DNA of 62,649 nucleotides, filler included, from Phoronis australis (lineage: Eukaryota; Animalia; Phoronida): the NCBI GenBank assembly GCA_002633005.1. It is 3 parts of 3 records of this genome, joined end to end, with 100 filler letters (N's around TTAATTAATTAA, not from the genome) between each part and the next. Parts side by side here need not be neighbours in the genome. Positions count along the whole stretch, not along the records: positions 31,808 to 55,270 come from NMRA01000277.1; 2 more parts are not named here. The stretch is one strand, 5' to 3'. Positions 37,357 through 49,210 of the stretch are shown here, piece by piece. Both the position numbers and the translations under genes were made by a program. Numbering within the stretch: the stretch's first letter is position 1; every line of letters begins with the position of its first letter. The notes beneath the pieces are model-generated. The model searched no databases, had not been told where the DNA came from, and saw nothing but the letters and a program-made list of their open reading frames with translations.

Positions 37357-40300
37357 GTAAGTTGCAACACACATAACTATACAAGCTTGCTTGCATGTAT
37401 GTTTGTAAGTTTGCGTATGAATGCGTGATTTGATCTTTCGTACCTCGCTTCGCCTGCGCTTTTATTAATGAGCGTGTCGATTACCCAGCTGGCACATGCA
37501 CCACGTACAAACCCTTCTGTTTATAGTCAACTGACGTTAAGCTGCAAGCTTCGAGTAGACTTCGTCCCAACTTGCTGAGTTCATCGATGGTAGCCGACTG
37601 CTCGAAGCTGATATTACCTACATGTACTTGTATTGCAATGCTGCCAGAAGTCACAACGAGTGCTGTGCCTGAGTTTTGTCCAATCAGATGCTTACAGGCA
37701 ACGTCTGTGCCTTCTGCTGTCACGGCGATGGTTTTGGGGAGAGGATTAGTGCACCAGCATAACCCCAATGATCATGTTCGTGACAAGAATACCAGGTATT
37801 ACTGCTATGAATGCGTGAATATTTATGTGCCTACGCGTGTGTGTACGCATGCGTGTACGCGTGCGTGTGTTTGTGAATATGCGCACGTATGTTTCAGGGC
37901 TGTAATGAGAAACTGAACAAAAATAATAATCAAAAGACAAACGCTTGGATCGGCGACACGTGAAGAGATGCTTACATGTATGTCAATAGGGCTGCATACC
38001 TACAGGTATATTAGGAAACTGGGCCGTTCAGGTACCCTGTTGTTACTCAAAGCTCCTCTACATTAACCGTAAAAATCGGTGTCACCGTACGCCATAGATA
38101 TCGTGAAAGTTGTTCTAAGGTATTGTACAGGGCAGTTATCGTATTAGTGATGTCTATTCGGCAATAACATACTGCCTGAAATAAACTGAAACGTCAAAGT
38201 CAGACATTGGTATTTTTTAACGTTGTGGCGTTTGTAACGTGTTTGGCATCTGTCATTGAATTCCTCTTTAAAGAGTTAGTGTAGATTCCTTATTTCGCGA
38301 ATAAGATACTATACGTGGGCAAAACCGCTGGGATGGATATTTACATGTACAGTATATGTTGACAACAGCTTTGAGTCGATGAGATCGTCTGTTATTAACA
38401 GAGGATCTTTTAAAATTGTAGCTTATCATTATTTAGCTTCTTGGTGTCTATGGTCACTCGGTGATCATACAGTACAGCCACTGAATTATTAGACTCTCTC
38501 CGCTGTCTTTCCGGTCTAGCCCCCCTTGACCGTAACCGGAGACAGACCGGAGAGTGAGACGTGAATCAACCGTGACAGCTGGCGTGAGCCTAAGCGTGAC
38601 TGTACCCGGAGCTTACCGTGAGTTAGGCGTGAAAGAAGCGCGAACCAGCCGTGAGCCAGGTGTGAGTTTACCTGCATCACAGATGAAAAAGTAATTTATT
38701 AAAATTATATCAGTATCTAGCAGTGATGTGTGTACTACATGTACATGTATTCTCATAGACTTTTGCTCATGTGAGGTTTATTTTTTTGAAATCGTCACGT
38801 TCAGCAAAAGACCAAAATTTCCTTCTCAAACCTTAAGTCACTTCAGGAAACAGACCTTTGGACTCTACTTTTTCACATATATATAATTATTTGTTTTTTA
38901 CATAAACTAATAAAGAATTTTAACACGCGTGTACATGGCGGAAATATTCAATTGCCTTCACGATATGAAGGAGCATAGCATGTCAATTCTGAGCACACTG
39001 ATCCCCAAGTTCCGGCTTCATGCGGAGAAAACTGATCGTGCCCATGCATTTGACGAGTCAAACAGACCACTGCTATTATTATTTTAGTGAAGAAGTACCC
39101 CGGGGATACTGTGAAACGCATGTACTACGGGGAGGGGGCTACAAATAATTAAACTGCACTACGGATTGAGGACTTTTTAGTCAAAACATTTGCTTGCAGT
39201 AAGGGATGGGTATGTCAGAATGGCGGTGTATTGAAATTTTCTAAACGCCAGTGGGGTGCAAAAATTTACGGAGTGACACAATACTTCACAAGATACGTAG
39301 GCTATTTTTAGGGCAAATTAACTATATCCAGCTGTGACAAGTTTCAAGGAGTCCACAGCCATGTACATGTAAAGACGACTCTGGACACAGGGTCGCGTAT
39401 ATTCGTATTTACTAGCCGTGGTAACTGTACAAGTATGTCGTTGATGGGACTGGCTCTTAAGTCGTAAATAGAAAATGTACATGTAACCGTAACACAAGAT
39501 GAGCTGAAGGAAGACGTTTGTATGAAAAACACGTGGAATAACAAAGTTAGTCGGAACCCAAGTGTGATAGATAACTGCTTGCAAAGATACTCTATAATAT
39601 ATTATAATGTCTTTGCAACTTGTCCGAAACCAGGCAATCAAGACGTTACATGTATTTTTATTGATTAGCCCGGTGACCTACCATGGTTACCACAGGTGCC
39701 GAAGGCGTGAAAAAAGCCTGAGGAAAGCGTGAACTAAACCGGAGGTAAGCGTGAGGCGACCGTGACTGATTTCTGTCACGCCTGCGTTCCGGTTGCGCTC
39801 CGGTCTGGCCAGGTTTGAGGTAGCCCGGACGAAGACTAAAACTGTACTGTAACAAATCAGCTGCCTCCCTTATATTAGAAAATCCGGTGACTTGTTCGTG
39901 TTTAGGAGCATACACCAGACCACCTGTTCAAACCCTGTGTTGCAAAAGATGGCGAGAAGGTAGAGCTGTGTCTGTGGAAGCAGCACGCTCTCTGGCGGGG
40001 GACTTTCAGTTTGTCATGGAGCACCTTTACACAGGAGTGCACCAATTTGCCTCCCAGAAAGAGCTGCGCAGCACATTTTTGTGGCTAAAATGCACAGTTT
40101 GTACAATAAAACGGAGTTAATCAGTCTTTGTCGTTTAGTTATTGCGAAGTACAGTAGTCCTATTTTCCTTGAGCCAAACAAATGTTGTGAAACGTATCGT
40201 TAGAATGTGATGTCGCTTACCCTAAAATCGATATTAGATCGTATCATTTCGTTTTTAAGAAGCACGCTGAACAAACAAGTGCGTGTTGCATAGTGATTTT

Positions 40301-43148
40301 TGAGACTTGCTTAGTTCCGTCTCTCTCTTTGAAATTTGTTTTCGACCAGGAATAGTCAATATTGCATGCTGAGCACAACTTACGATCAACATTTTTCATA
40401 ATTTTTTGAAAATGACTTCAACCATTCATTTAGTTCTGTCTGCACTATCGTTTGATAGCCCGGCGTTGTGAATCCTTCAAACACTTTTTCACACTAAGGT
40501 TTGCTATATACAGTACATGTACTGTACATGTATTTCTAAACCTGTGTGTGACGACCGGCTTCAATCTTCTTATCACAGTGGCAGATCCAATATATCACAA
40601 GGGGGGCCCAGCATTTTGTCTCTTAAACATTTGCGCAGAGCACGATTGTCGATGCGCATAGCACCGAATGGGGGGAGGTCGCTCGGGAATTTTTTTTTCT
40701 GTTTTTTCCTCTAAAAGTCAAGCACTTTTCATGATTCCTGAAGTATTATCCAAGAAAAAAACGCAAAGAAAAAACAAGGAGAACGTGTCAAACTTGAAAA
40801 ACTGAGTCACCCCAGACTCCAACTCACGACCTGGCAATAGAGCGCGCGTGCTGTACCACTACACCACCACAATTTCACTTGTAATTTTATACTAAGAGAC
40901 CTACATGTACTTGTTTATACTGTAGTCCACACCGTTGCGCGCGAAATCTACTTCTTTTTGTAATGCTTATTACACTTTTTATATTTCATGCAATCAATTC
41001 GTAACAAATTTGTTATATTTAAAATAGTCTTCAATTGCCCAAAAGACCAAATCCGGTTTTCTTGTGTTGGCATTAATGACGCGATTCCTTTGGAAATCGT
41101 CTTAATTGAAGGTCTGACAAAGAGAGAATTGTGAGTTTCTGAGTGATTCACTAAGGTTTCAATTAAAATTCACATCTTACCAGCAGCTTCTGTTTTTACA
41201 TCGTCACTCAGGTTCCATTTACTTTAAAACATGAAGTAATTTTCTTAATTGCACAGCGAAGCAGACGACGGAAACGGAGTCGTAGTACGCAGCGCCACTG
41301 CCGGTCGCCTGGGATATCGCGGGAGAGCCNCCCCCCCCCAACACACTAAAACTGCACACACTTCGATCTTGTTTCCGCCGTATAATGTTAATTACCGGGG
41401 TTATTTAATAAACTCAACATTTCCCTACACTCTTGCTGTTTTATTTTTTGCAGCAGCAAAGGGGGGAGGGTCCGGGGCCCCTGGACCCCCCTAAACCGCC
41501 TATGTATCAATAGTTGTGCAACGGATTCTCTTCCACATATTTTGTAGGCGGGAGCCGGGAGTACGGTACATTTCTACATGTACATGTACCTTCCATCATA
41601 TTGCGTTAACCTACAAATAAACAATCATGTTTATTTTGCAGGTGTGTACACCAAACTGGGACCAGCGACGGGTGGTACTGATGACGAGCTATCGTCAGTG
41701 ACGTGTAAACCAGGCGACCGCATGGTTGGATGCGTCTGCGAAAACACAGGCACGTGCGACGGAAATGTAATGAAACGAGATAGCAAAGGAGTGATGACTT
41801 GCTTCGCCAGCAACAGATGGAGAAAAAGTGGAACCAAGGTATATGTATGAGAGGGTGAAGGGTTCTCTGGTGGGCTGTGAAACGACATTTTTGAATGAAC
41901 TCTGCCTACAGAATTCGCTGATTATTTTAACCTTTCAGCAATTTTCATTGGTGGCTAGCCACGAATATTATTTGTTTATTTTTTAACCACATCCAGTCGA
42001 TAAGTAAAGTGTTGGCTTTACATTCAAGTACCCTTCAGGCTTTTCGGGTTAGCAAAAAATGGTTTGGTCGACACCCAGTCTAGTCTAAGAATCTGGAGTG
42101 TTTGGCATTCTGAGTTGCTGGTGCCTAGTAGTAGCATGCTACATGTAATTTTGGATTGAAACCTTCCAATTTTGTGTGGCTTTGCTCGTTTTTTGGCATG
42201 TCCAGCCAGGTTTGCTGTGGAAAAAATGCAAAAAAAAGTTTGAATGCACGTTTTAGACTGTAGGCAAGCTTTAGGTATGACCAGTACTTCCACATCTTTC
42301 ATATTTTGTAATTTTGTTGCTTTAATCCTTCAGTTCATCCAGCCTGTGGAGGCAAAAATAACGAAAAAGAGTTGAGTGTCCATAATGTATAGTATACTTG
42401 GACAATTCCCAACACCTCAAATTCGGTATATCCGAATGTTACATCCGTCTGTTAATCAGTGAGAACCAACGTTACTCGTTATTCTGCTACCTGTCATGCA
42501 ACAGGGGAAGAATTTCGTCTCAAAACAGCCATAATTGGTAGACTGTAACAACTTTACAATATTTTTAGGCTAAGGCCACGTGTGCAAAGGTGTACTTGAG
42601 AAGGAATCCAGTTCTGGGGTTTTCAGGCGGTGACTTTTTCAGCAACCCATCATATGAATGTGCCGCAGGCTACGAATTGGAACTATGCACAATAATCAAT
42701 CCGTAAGTACTGTATATGTTATGCTTCGAAAACAAAATACTTTTCCGGGGATCGATATCAGGAAAACGAATATTGTTTAAGGCTCAGTAAGATTCAGGTG
42801 ATTTTGTTAGTTTATCACCTTTCTAATTCGTGTGCAATGCTTGATTACCTTTGTTTGTTTACATTTGATTTGTGAATCCGCTCCTGCTGGAATAATCACT
42901 GTCGGGAAGGATTTTTGAACTTGTAACACCCTGACGCCATGTGAGTTTGTACCAGCAGCCGACTTTCACATACCGGAAATGACGTAACAGTGTGCCGAGT
43001 TTTTCGAACCTTTCCTTAGGCTATTATTTTCTGTATCAGGTGGACTCAAGACGAAGCCGCACCCACGTTACCGACCATCGAGGGCAACAGGTGTAGAACG
43101 AAGTGTAAAAAATGCGCGCAACACGTCCTTTGCGTTGAAGAGTATTAG
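37299..43148 (+). CDS. Secreted 165-aa Cys-rich protein with PCSK9 C-terminal-domain/resistin-like module(s): join(37299..37356,41642..41838,42569..42702,43040..43148)
   Basis: GT-AG junctions in phases 1, 0 and 2 give one open frame of 498 nt: MEFECLFLTVLVVLVGESLG|VYTKLGPATGGTDDELSSVTCKPGDRMVGCVCENTGTCDGNVMKRDSKGVMTCFASNRWRKSGTK|AKATCAKVYLRRNPVLGFSGGDFFSNPSYECAAGYELELCTIINP|WTQDEAAPTLPTIEGNRCRTKCKKCAQHVLCVEEY*. It has a hydrophobic signal peptide, 12 Cys in the mature chain and AATAAA at 43175. The family assignment rests on motif recall only. Confidence 0.85.
38490..39838. mobile_element. Possible non-autonomous DNA transposon with CGTGA/ACCGGA-rich subterminal arrays, in intron 1 of the secreted gene
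   Basis: 38490-38670 and 39670-39838 are CpG-rich blocks with many CGTGA motifs and partly inverted CAGACCGGAG; the ends read TAG.../...CTA. No TSD seen. Confidence 0.4.
40810..40869 (-). mobile_element. Degenerate tRNA-derived SINE head
   Basis: Minus strand GGTGGTGTAGTGGTA (A box)...GAGTTGGAGTC (decayed B box). Confidence 0.4.
41642..41838 (+). CDS. Exon 2 of the Cys-rich secreted protein (module 1)
   Basis: TTTTGCAG acceptor, AAG|GTATAT donor, pattern C-x2-G-x4-GCxC-x5-CDG...CxAxN. Confidence 0.9.
42569..42702 (+). CDS. Exon 3 of the Cys-rich secreted protein
   Basis: TTTTTAG acceptor, CC|GTAAGT donor; begins AKATC, completing module 1. Confidence 0.88.
43040..43148 (+). CDS. Terminal exon 4 of the Cys-rich secreted protein
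   Basis: TTTTCTGTATCAG acceptor, phase matches, 4 Cys, TAG stop at 43146-43148. Confidence 0.82.
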
Positions 43149-43174
43149 ATGTAATATCGATGCAGCTGCAGTGC

Positions 43175-43180
43175 AATAAA
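43175..43180 (+). terminator. Polyadenylation signal AATAAA
   Basis: Starts 27 nt after the stop codon. Confidence 0.6.
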
Positions 43181-43754
43181 TATATTGCCACCGTAGATTT
43201 TCGAAAGAATTGTCTTCCAAATACAGACTCTGTTTTATTTTCTATTGATCGTATTGATAACTCTCCCGAAATAGTTGTTTTGTCCACAATACAAAACTCT
43301 TGAAATTTTATTGCCTTAAATTCTCGTCCAGTAAGCTGACAAGGTACTCAACATCAGCCTGGCGCTATCTAGAATGGCTCAATCGGTTCATTCGAAAAGC
43401 TCCGGTAAATTCAGCGCTTGATGCTTCACGTACATCGTTTGTTTTTGCTTTATTCACGATTCTCTCATCGAAAAGATACATGCAAAGTAAATAATATATG
43501 CACAAATAGGAGTCACTTTATACAAGTACATCACAGAAGATCATTCATTACTCAACATATATTTATTACGGAGGGATTAGTGATCACGATATGCTTATCA
43601 AGTACAGTTCATCTGTTTTGGTGTCATGATAAGTAAATTTATTGCTGTGTCTCTACTAGTGGAATATATTATAGGCGCGATTCAATAGGTAGCATCTATC
43701 CACAAAGGCAAAGCAAAACGTGTGCTTTTAGGGTTATTAATTTGTATCATAAAA

Positions 43755-44725
43755 TGGCCACTAGATGGCACAAAAAGACACAATCAATCCAAAAACGGGA
43801 GCTTGCCATATTTTATAAAATCTGTCAAGGAACTTCAGAGAAACATTGGAAAACAGAATGAAATGAAATTGCCACTTGCGGGCACAGCGTCCGTTAGATC
43901 CGTTTGAAAGTCGTCGTCGTCTGTTGTTATCTTCATATATTAATGCACTTACTAAATTTAATAACAATCCTGCAATGGGTTTAGGAGATACAGCTATGGG
44001 CACAAAACAAAACAAAACTACCACTAGGAGGAGCCACAGTATTTAGTTGCCATCATTAAACGTCCTCTTCGCACTGAGAACATATACGCCAATTTTCAAA
44101 ACCATCCCTAGAATGAATTGGTTGATAGAGGGATGGACGCCAAAAACAAGATTTGAAAACAGGAAAAAAGGCTGCTATCTCAATTCTATCCAAAAACAAA
44201 AGGATAGCGCCATCTTACCAATACATGCCTATATTCAAAACTTTATGAAAATCTGTTGAGGACCTATCAAGATACATTGGTAAACGTAAAAAACTAAACT
44301 TGCCACTCAGTAGGGGCCACACCAGTAGGCAGATCCGTCCGAAAGTCGTCGTCGTCCGTTGTCAACATCATATAAATACACTTGCTAAATTAAGTAAAGA
44401 TCCTGCAAACGCTTTAGGAGATACAACCATTAGTGCAAAAATGCCACTAGGAGGCGTCACAGTAGTCGAAGTCGTCGGAAAATTATCGTCAGCCGCCGTC
44501 CACTTCATCATAAAAACAAACATGCCAATTTTCACATCTATTCTGAAAGTGGTTTGGTTGATAGACGAGTGGACGCCAAAAAACAGACTTGAAAACAGTA
44601 TAAATGACCAATAGGTGGCGCAAACTAGGTCGAATCCATCTGAAAAAGGATGGGTAGCGTCACCTCATTAACAGACGCCTGTATGCCAAATTTAATGAAA
44701 AAAACATTGAGGTAAACATAAAAAC
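43755..44725 (+). repeat. ~435-bp tandem unit, ~2.2 diverged copies, carrying CTCF-like motifs
   Basis: GAAAGTCGTCGTCGTC at ~43906 and 44341; GGTTGATAGA..GGACGCCAAAAA at ~44120 and ~44556. Confidence 0.75.
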
Positions 44726-45452
44726 TAGACTGTAACCACTTTACAATATTCTTAGGCTAAGGCCACGTGTGCAAAGGTGTACTTGACCAGGAATCCAGTT
44801 CTGGGGTTTTCAGGCGGCGACTTTTTCAGCAACCAATCATATGAATGTGCTGCAGGATAAGATTTGGAAGTATGCACAATAATCAATCCGTAAGTATATG
44901 TTATGCTTCGAAAACAAATTACTTTTCAGGGGATCGATATCAGGAAAACGAATATTTCTTTTAGGCTCAGTAAGATTCAGGTGATCTTGTTAGTTTATCA
45001 CCTTTCTAATTCGTGTGCAATGTGTTATTACAACATCAACCTGGCGCTATCTACAATGGCTCAATCGGTTCATTCGAAAATCTCCGGTAAATTCCGCGCT
45101 TGATGCTTCACGTACATCGTTTGTTTTTTGCTTTCTTCACCTTTCTCTCATCGAAAAGATACATGCAAAGCAAATAATCTACACAAATAGGAGTCACTGT
45201 ATACAACTACATCACAGAGGATCTTTCGATACTCAACATATACTGTATTTATTACGGAGGGATTACTGATCACGATATGTTTTTTATCAAACACAGTTCC
45301 TCTGTTTTGGTGTCATGATAAGTAAATTTATTGCTGAGTCTCAACTAGTGGTGTATATTATAGGCGCGATTCAATAGGTAGCATCTATCCACAAGAGCAA
45401 CGCAAATGGTGTGCTTTTAGGGTTATTAATTTGTATCATAAAAATGGCCACT
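44726..45452 (+). pseudogene. Partial duplicate of the secreted gene's 3' end: pseudo-exon 3 (44756-44889) with premature TAA, exon 4 region deleted
   Basis: Aligns to 42539-42845 and 43349-43762. TAC changed to TAA at 44858-44860. About 500 bp containing exon 4 is absent. Confidence 0.88.
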
Positions 45453-47583
45453 GCAACTAAGTTCATTGAAGCAATGTCATGTTCTACAAGATTAACTTCT
45501 GTTGGTCGTAAGATCATCTATCAATCAGTCCATATTCGTACAGTAGATTCATAAACATGAAAATCAGAAACCAACAATCGATTCCATGAGCAATGCTTTT
45601 ACCTTTAATGACTTAAGTCCTTTTTGATCACCTGTCTGTGAGTTTAAACAACGAAAACAATGCATTTATTGACATTTGAATTGTATGTATATGTTTGGGA
45701 ACTGTCCAAATTTCATCAATGTCTTTGAGAGTTATTTTAGATAGACAAAAATCGCCCAAGTGTACTAATTTAATACTTGGGACTCGGATTATAATTTTTT
45801 TTCAAATTCATGCTGCTACTATATTCACTGAAACACCATCGTTTCTTAAAAGGTTAGCTTCTAATTATCAAAATCGTCTCTGAATCTGTCGATTTGCGAA
45901 CATACATAAACATGTAAATCAGAAACCAACTAATCTGTTTATCAAATCCGAATGTTAAGCAATTTCCGCAGGCATCTGTCAGTTTTTTGACGGGCAAGCG
46001 GGAAAGCATGAGAGATGGGTCATTCTTATTGAGGTGTAATTTTGCCTATAACGGTGCATGAGTTAAACTTGAAAAAGCTGAAAATTTTGTTTATTATTGC
46101 GAGTACTTTGAGTACAGTACCTCCGACGACATGTCATCACAAGTTGTAGACCCCAGTCTTTTCGATATTTGCGAATTCCTTCCAAACAGCTCAGGACAAG
46201 TAACGATCTTCATAAGAAATACTGTACCAGTGATACTATAGGAAAAAGTAGCATTATTTTATAACCAGCCATCGCAAATAGTTTTTTTGTGTAATTCACA
46301 AACAGTGGTTATCACGTTCTTAAAAATTCCACCTTTTTGATGGCGGTCAATCCTGATGTATTTTCCGCATTTTTTGGCCATTTGTGTCAAATGTCTTGAT
46401 ACTGCTGTGCACGATTTTTTTGCGTTTTTGATAAAATTGGAATCTCATGGTCCCCTCGTGAATACTTGGGAGTGTTGGCTTTATATGTATAGAGGGAGAA
46501 AGGGACAGTTTGCTCGAACCAAACCACCGAAAGAGTGTCCCATCTGAATTGGGACACCTAAGATGAAAGGATAAATATTAGTAAGCTTGAAATAAGTGAC
46601 AGTTCATTCCATCGTCGTGTGACCCTTCAAGAAGTGACCTTCCTTAACACGAAAGCCGGTTGCACGATTTCAAATAAGACAGGAAAACAAGGGTATTCTA
46701 TTCCAACATTGAGCCGTCTCTCCGTGAGTAATCCCTTAGAATTTGTCAATAAAACCACGGAAAGGGTGGCCACTTGAATGCCATCAATGACCCTCTTCAA
46801 GGGCTGGGCTACTAAATATGAAAAGATCTATTTTTCAAAAATTGGGAAATGCGCTGCAATTGATGTCAAGCCATCAATTTTTCTCATGTGATATACAGTT
46901 TAAAGAAAAATAAAATAGAAAATATAAAGCGACACTTATCTCCGATATGCCATGATGGAGAACGGCGTCTGAAACTATGTAGTTTTGCATTTGCAAAATT
47001 ATCTTATTGAATTTAAAATTCCAGTTAATATACTGCGCAAAAGCTCCATTTTACGAAATTTCTTGATATTTCGAAATGCATGAATGAATAACAAAGTGCA
47101 CGTTTTCAAGTGCGCTTAGACGTCCTACATGTAAATGTGCTGCAAAAAGGGAGACCCTAGTAACAATGTCTTGGCCAGGGTCCTTAAAGTTGTCACTTGA
47201 AATGTTCTCTCGAACTGTCCCTTTTATCCGTAATCGCAGTCTTTCATTTCTCGACTGTCCTTGGTCCCTCGGCTAAGCCAGTTGTCAATGTTTAACCCAG
47301 ACGCTTGCAATGTTTTTGTGGAGGCAGGTGGCCCTCGCAACCCCACCCCCTCCCCCTTCCCAGGGCCCTGGAATACCCCTTCCTAACATTGTCGTACTCC
47401 TTAATCACAATGCACTAGCGCCTATTAGGCTCCAACACAAAATTGTACTATTGAACTTCCTGCTACCCTGGTTCTAGAAAAAATCCGTCCTGCATAAATT
47501 TTAAAGGACATGAGTCCTGAATCGTCTGAGCAGAAAAGTGAATAAAATGCAGTATCTGGAAGCGTTATTTCAATTGAATGCCC

Positions 47584-47927
47584 AATTTGACATGTTCAAT
47601 GGTGTTTCATAATTTGACATGTTCAATGGTCTTACATAATTTGACATGTTCAATGGTCTTACATAATTTGACATGTTCAATAGTCTTACATAATGTGACA
47701 TGTTCAATGGTCTTACGTAATTTGACATGTTCAATGGTCTTACATAATTTGACATGTTCAATGGTCATAATTGGACATGTTCAATGGTCTTACATAATTT
47801 GACATGTTCAATGGTCTTGCATAATTTGACATCTTCAATGGTCATAATTGGACATGTTCAATGGTCTTATATAATGTGACATGTTCAATGGTCTTACATA
47901 ATTTGAAATGTTCAATGGTCTTACATA
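47584..47927. repeat. 27-bp tandem minisatellite, ~13 copies
   Basis: Unit AATTTGACATGTTCAATGGTCTTACAT, with some short-deletion variants. Confidence 0.97.
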
Positions 47928-49210
47928 CAGTGTAATTTTGACCACAAAGAAATAAGTCACAAAAATGTTCCGGTGACTACATGTACACTGTAAAATCGAA
48001 ACTGCACGTTGCGCATGAGCAAAAGACAAACAGGCAGAAAATTGAAACGTGCTTGGTGATTTTTTCAGAGGAAAAATATGATGCGCAGCGTTAGTACCGA
48101 AGAAGAGTTCGGAGTGTCAACGTGACTTCAACGGTGTGGTGTGTCAAAGTGCATCTAGAACAAAACCTGCTGCAATGCTTAATTTCGCAAAAATATTGTC
48201 ACTTTATCAGCTAATGTTTGTCCTTGACACAGCCTGTACATTTTTCCGATAAGCCTCCATATTGCGTTATTAAATTGCCCATAACACAGACTGGATTTTT
48301 TTTCTGATAAGCCTACATTGAATTTAATGTGTTCATTTCAGCAAACTTGACAGTTCTATGCGGACTAATTGTGCTGTTTTGATTGAAGACTGCCTTTGTT
48401 CGTAGTTATTACACGGTAGTCGTGACTTTCGATGTTACTGTGTTATTGTAAAACAAAACATGTCATGCGTTCCCTAACAATCGTCGTGAATTGCTCTCCT
48501 GTTCGTGGTATTCCTGGCCAGGTTTATCACACACCGTCCGCACTAAACCCATTGTGTTCCATACAGTTGAATACTGTACATCCGCAGACAATAGGTACAT
48601 GTACATGTAGTAGCAAGATTTAACCCATGATTCTGTATACTCATACTTGCTGTGTTGCTACAATTTAAATTAAATATGTTGAAACCATATAACTAGAGAA
48701 TGTAGAAACAGGTAAACCACTTTAAAATGCGGTTAGTATTTGTTAAAAAATACTGCGGCTTTCGAGCCTCATTGGGAGGGGTGTTTATCAGATATGAGGA
48801 CAAGAATTCGGAAGGACCCCAGCATTCATGTAGGCCTACTAAGTGCGCGTGCAAGAACATAACACTGCCAGGGGTCTAACTTTTTACTCAAGATGGACTT
48901 TGACATTATCTCTGTCATTTTTCGTTCTGTTTTTGCGAATGTACAGTCGTCTATTATTCGTTGATTAAGTACATTAATGGTTAACGTAAATGAGATTCCA
49001 GTCCAAATTAGTACTTGATGATCCACAGATTTGAGCAAAACTTTGAGTAAAAATTCGATATTTCGAGTTCAGATTTTAAGGTTTAACCTTAATGTTTTGG
49101 TCATTAAATGAAGACTACGTGTACATGTAGGATACGGCAATTATCTACGGAAGCCATTACGTACTCGAGCGTAAAATTATTTGGAGTTAAAATATCCAGA
49201 TATACCTAGA

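Noticed and set aside
37481-37916. ORFs on both strands inside intron 1 of the secreted gene
   Set aside because: No recognisable domain or compatible splice sites; partly runs into a GT/GC-rich low-complexity tract.
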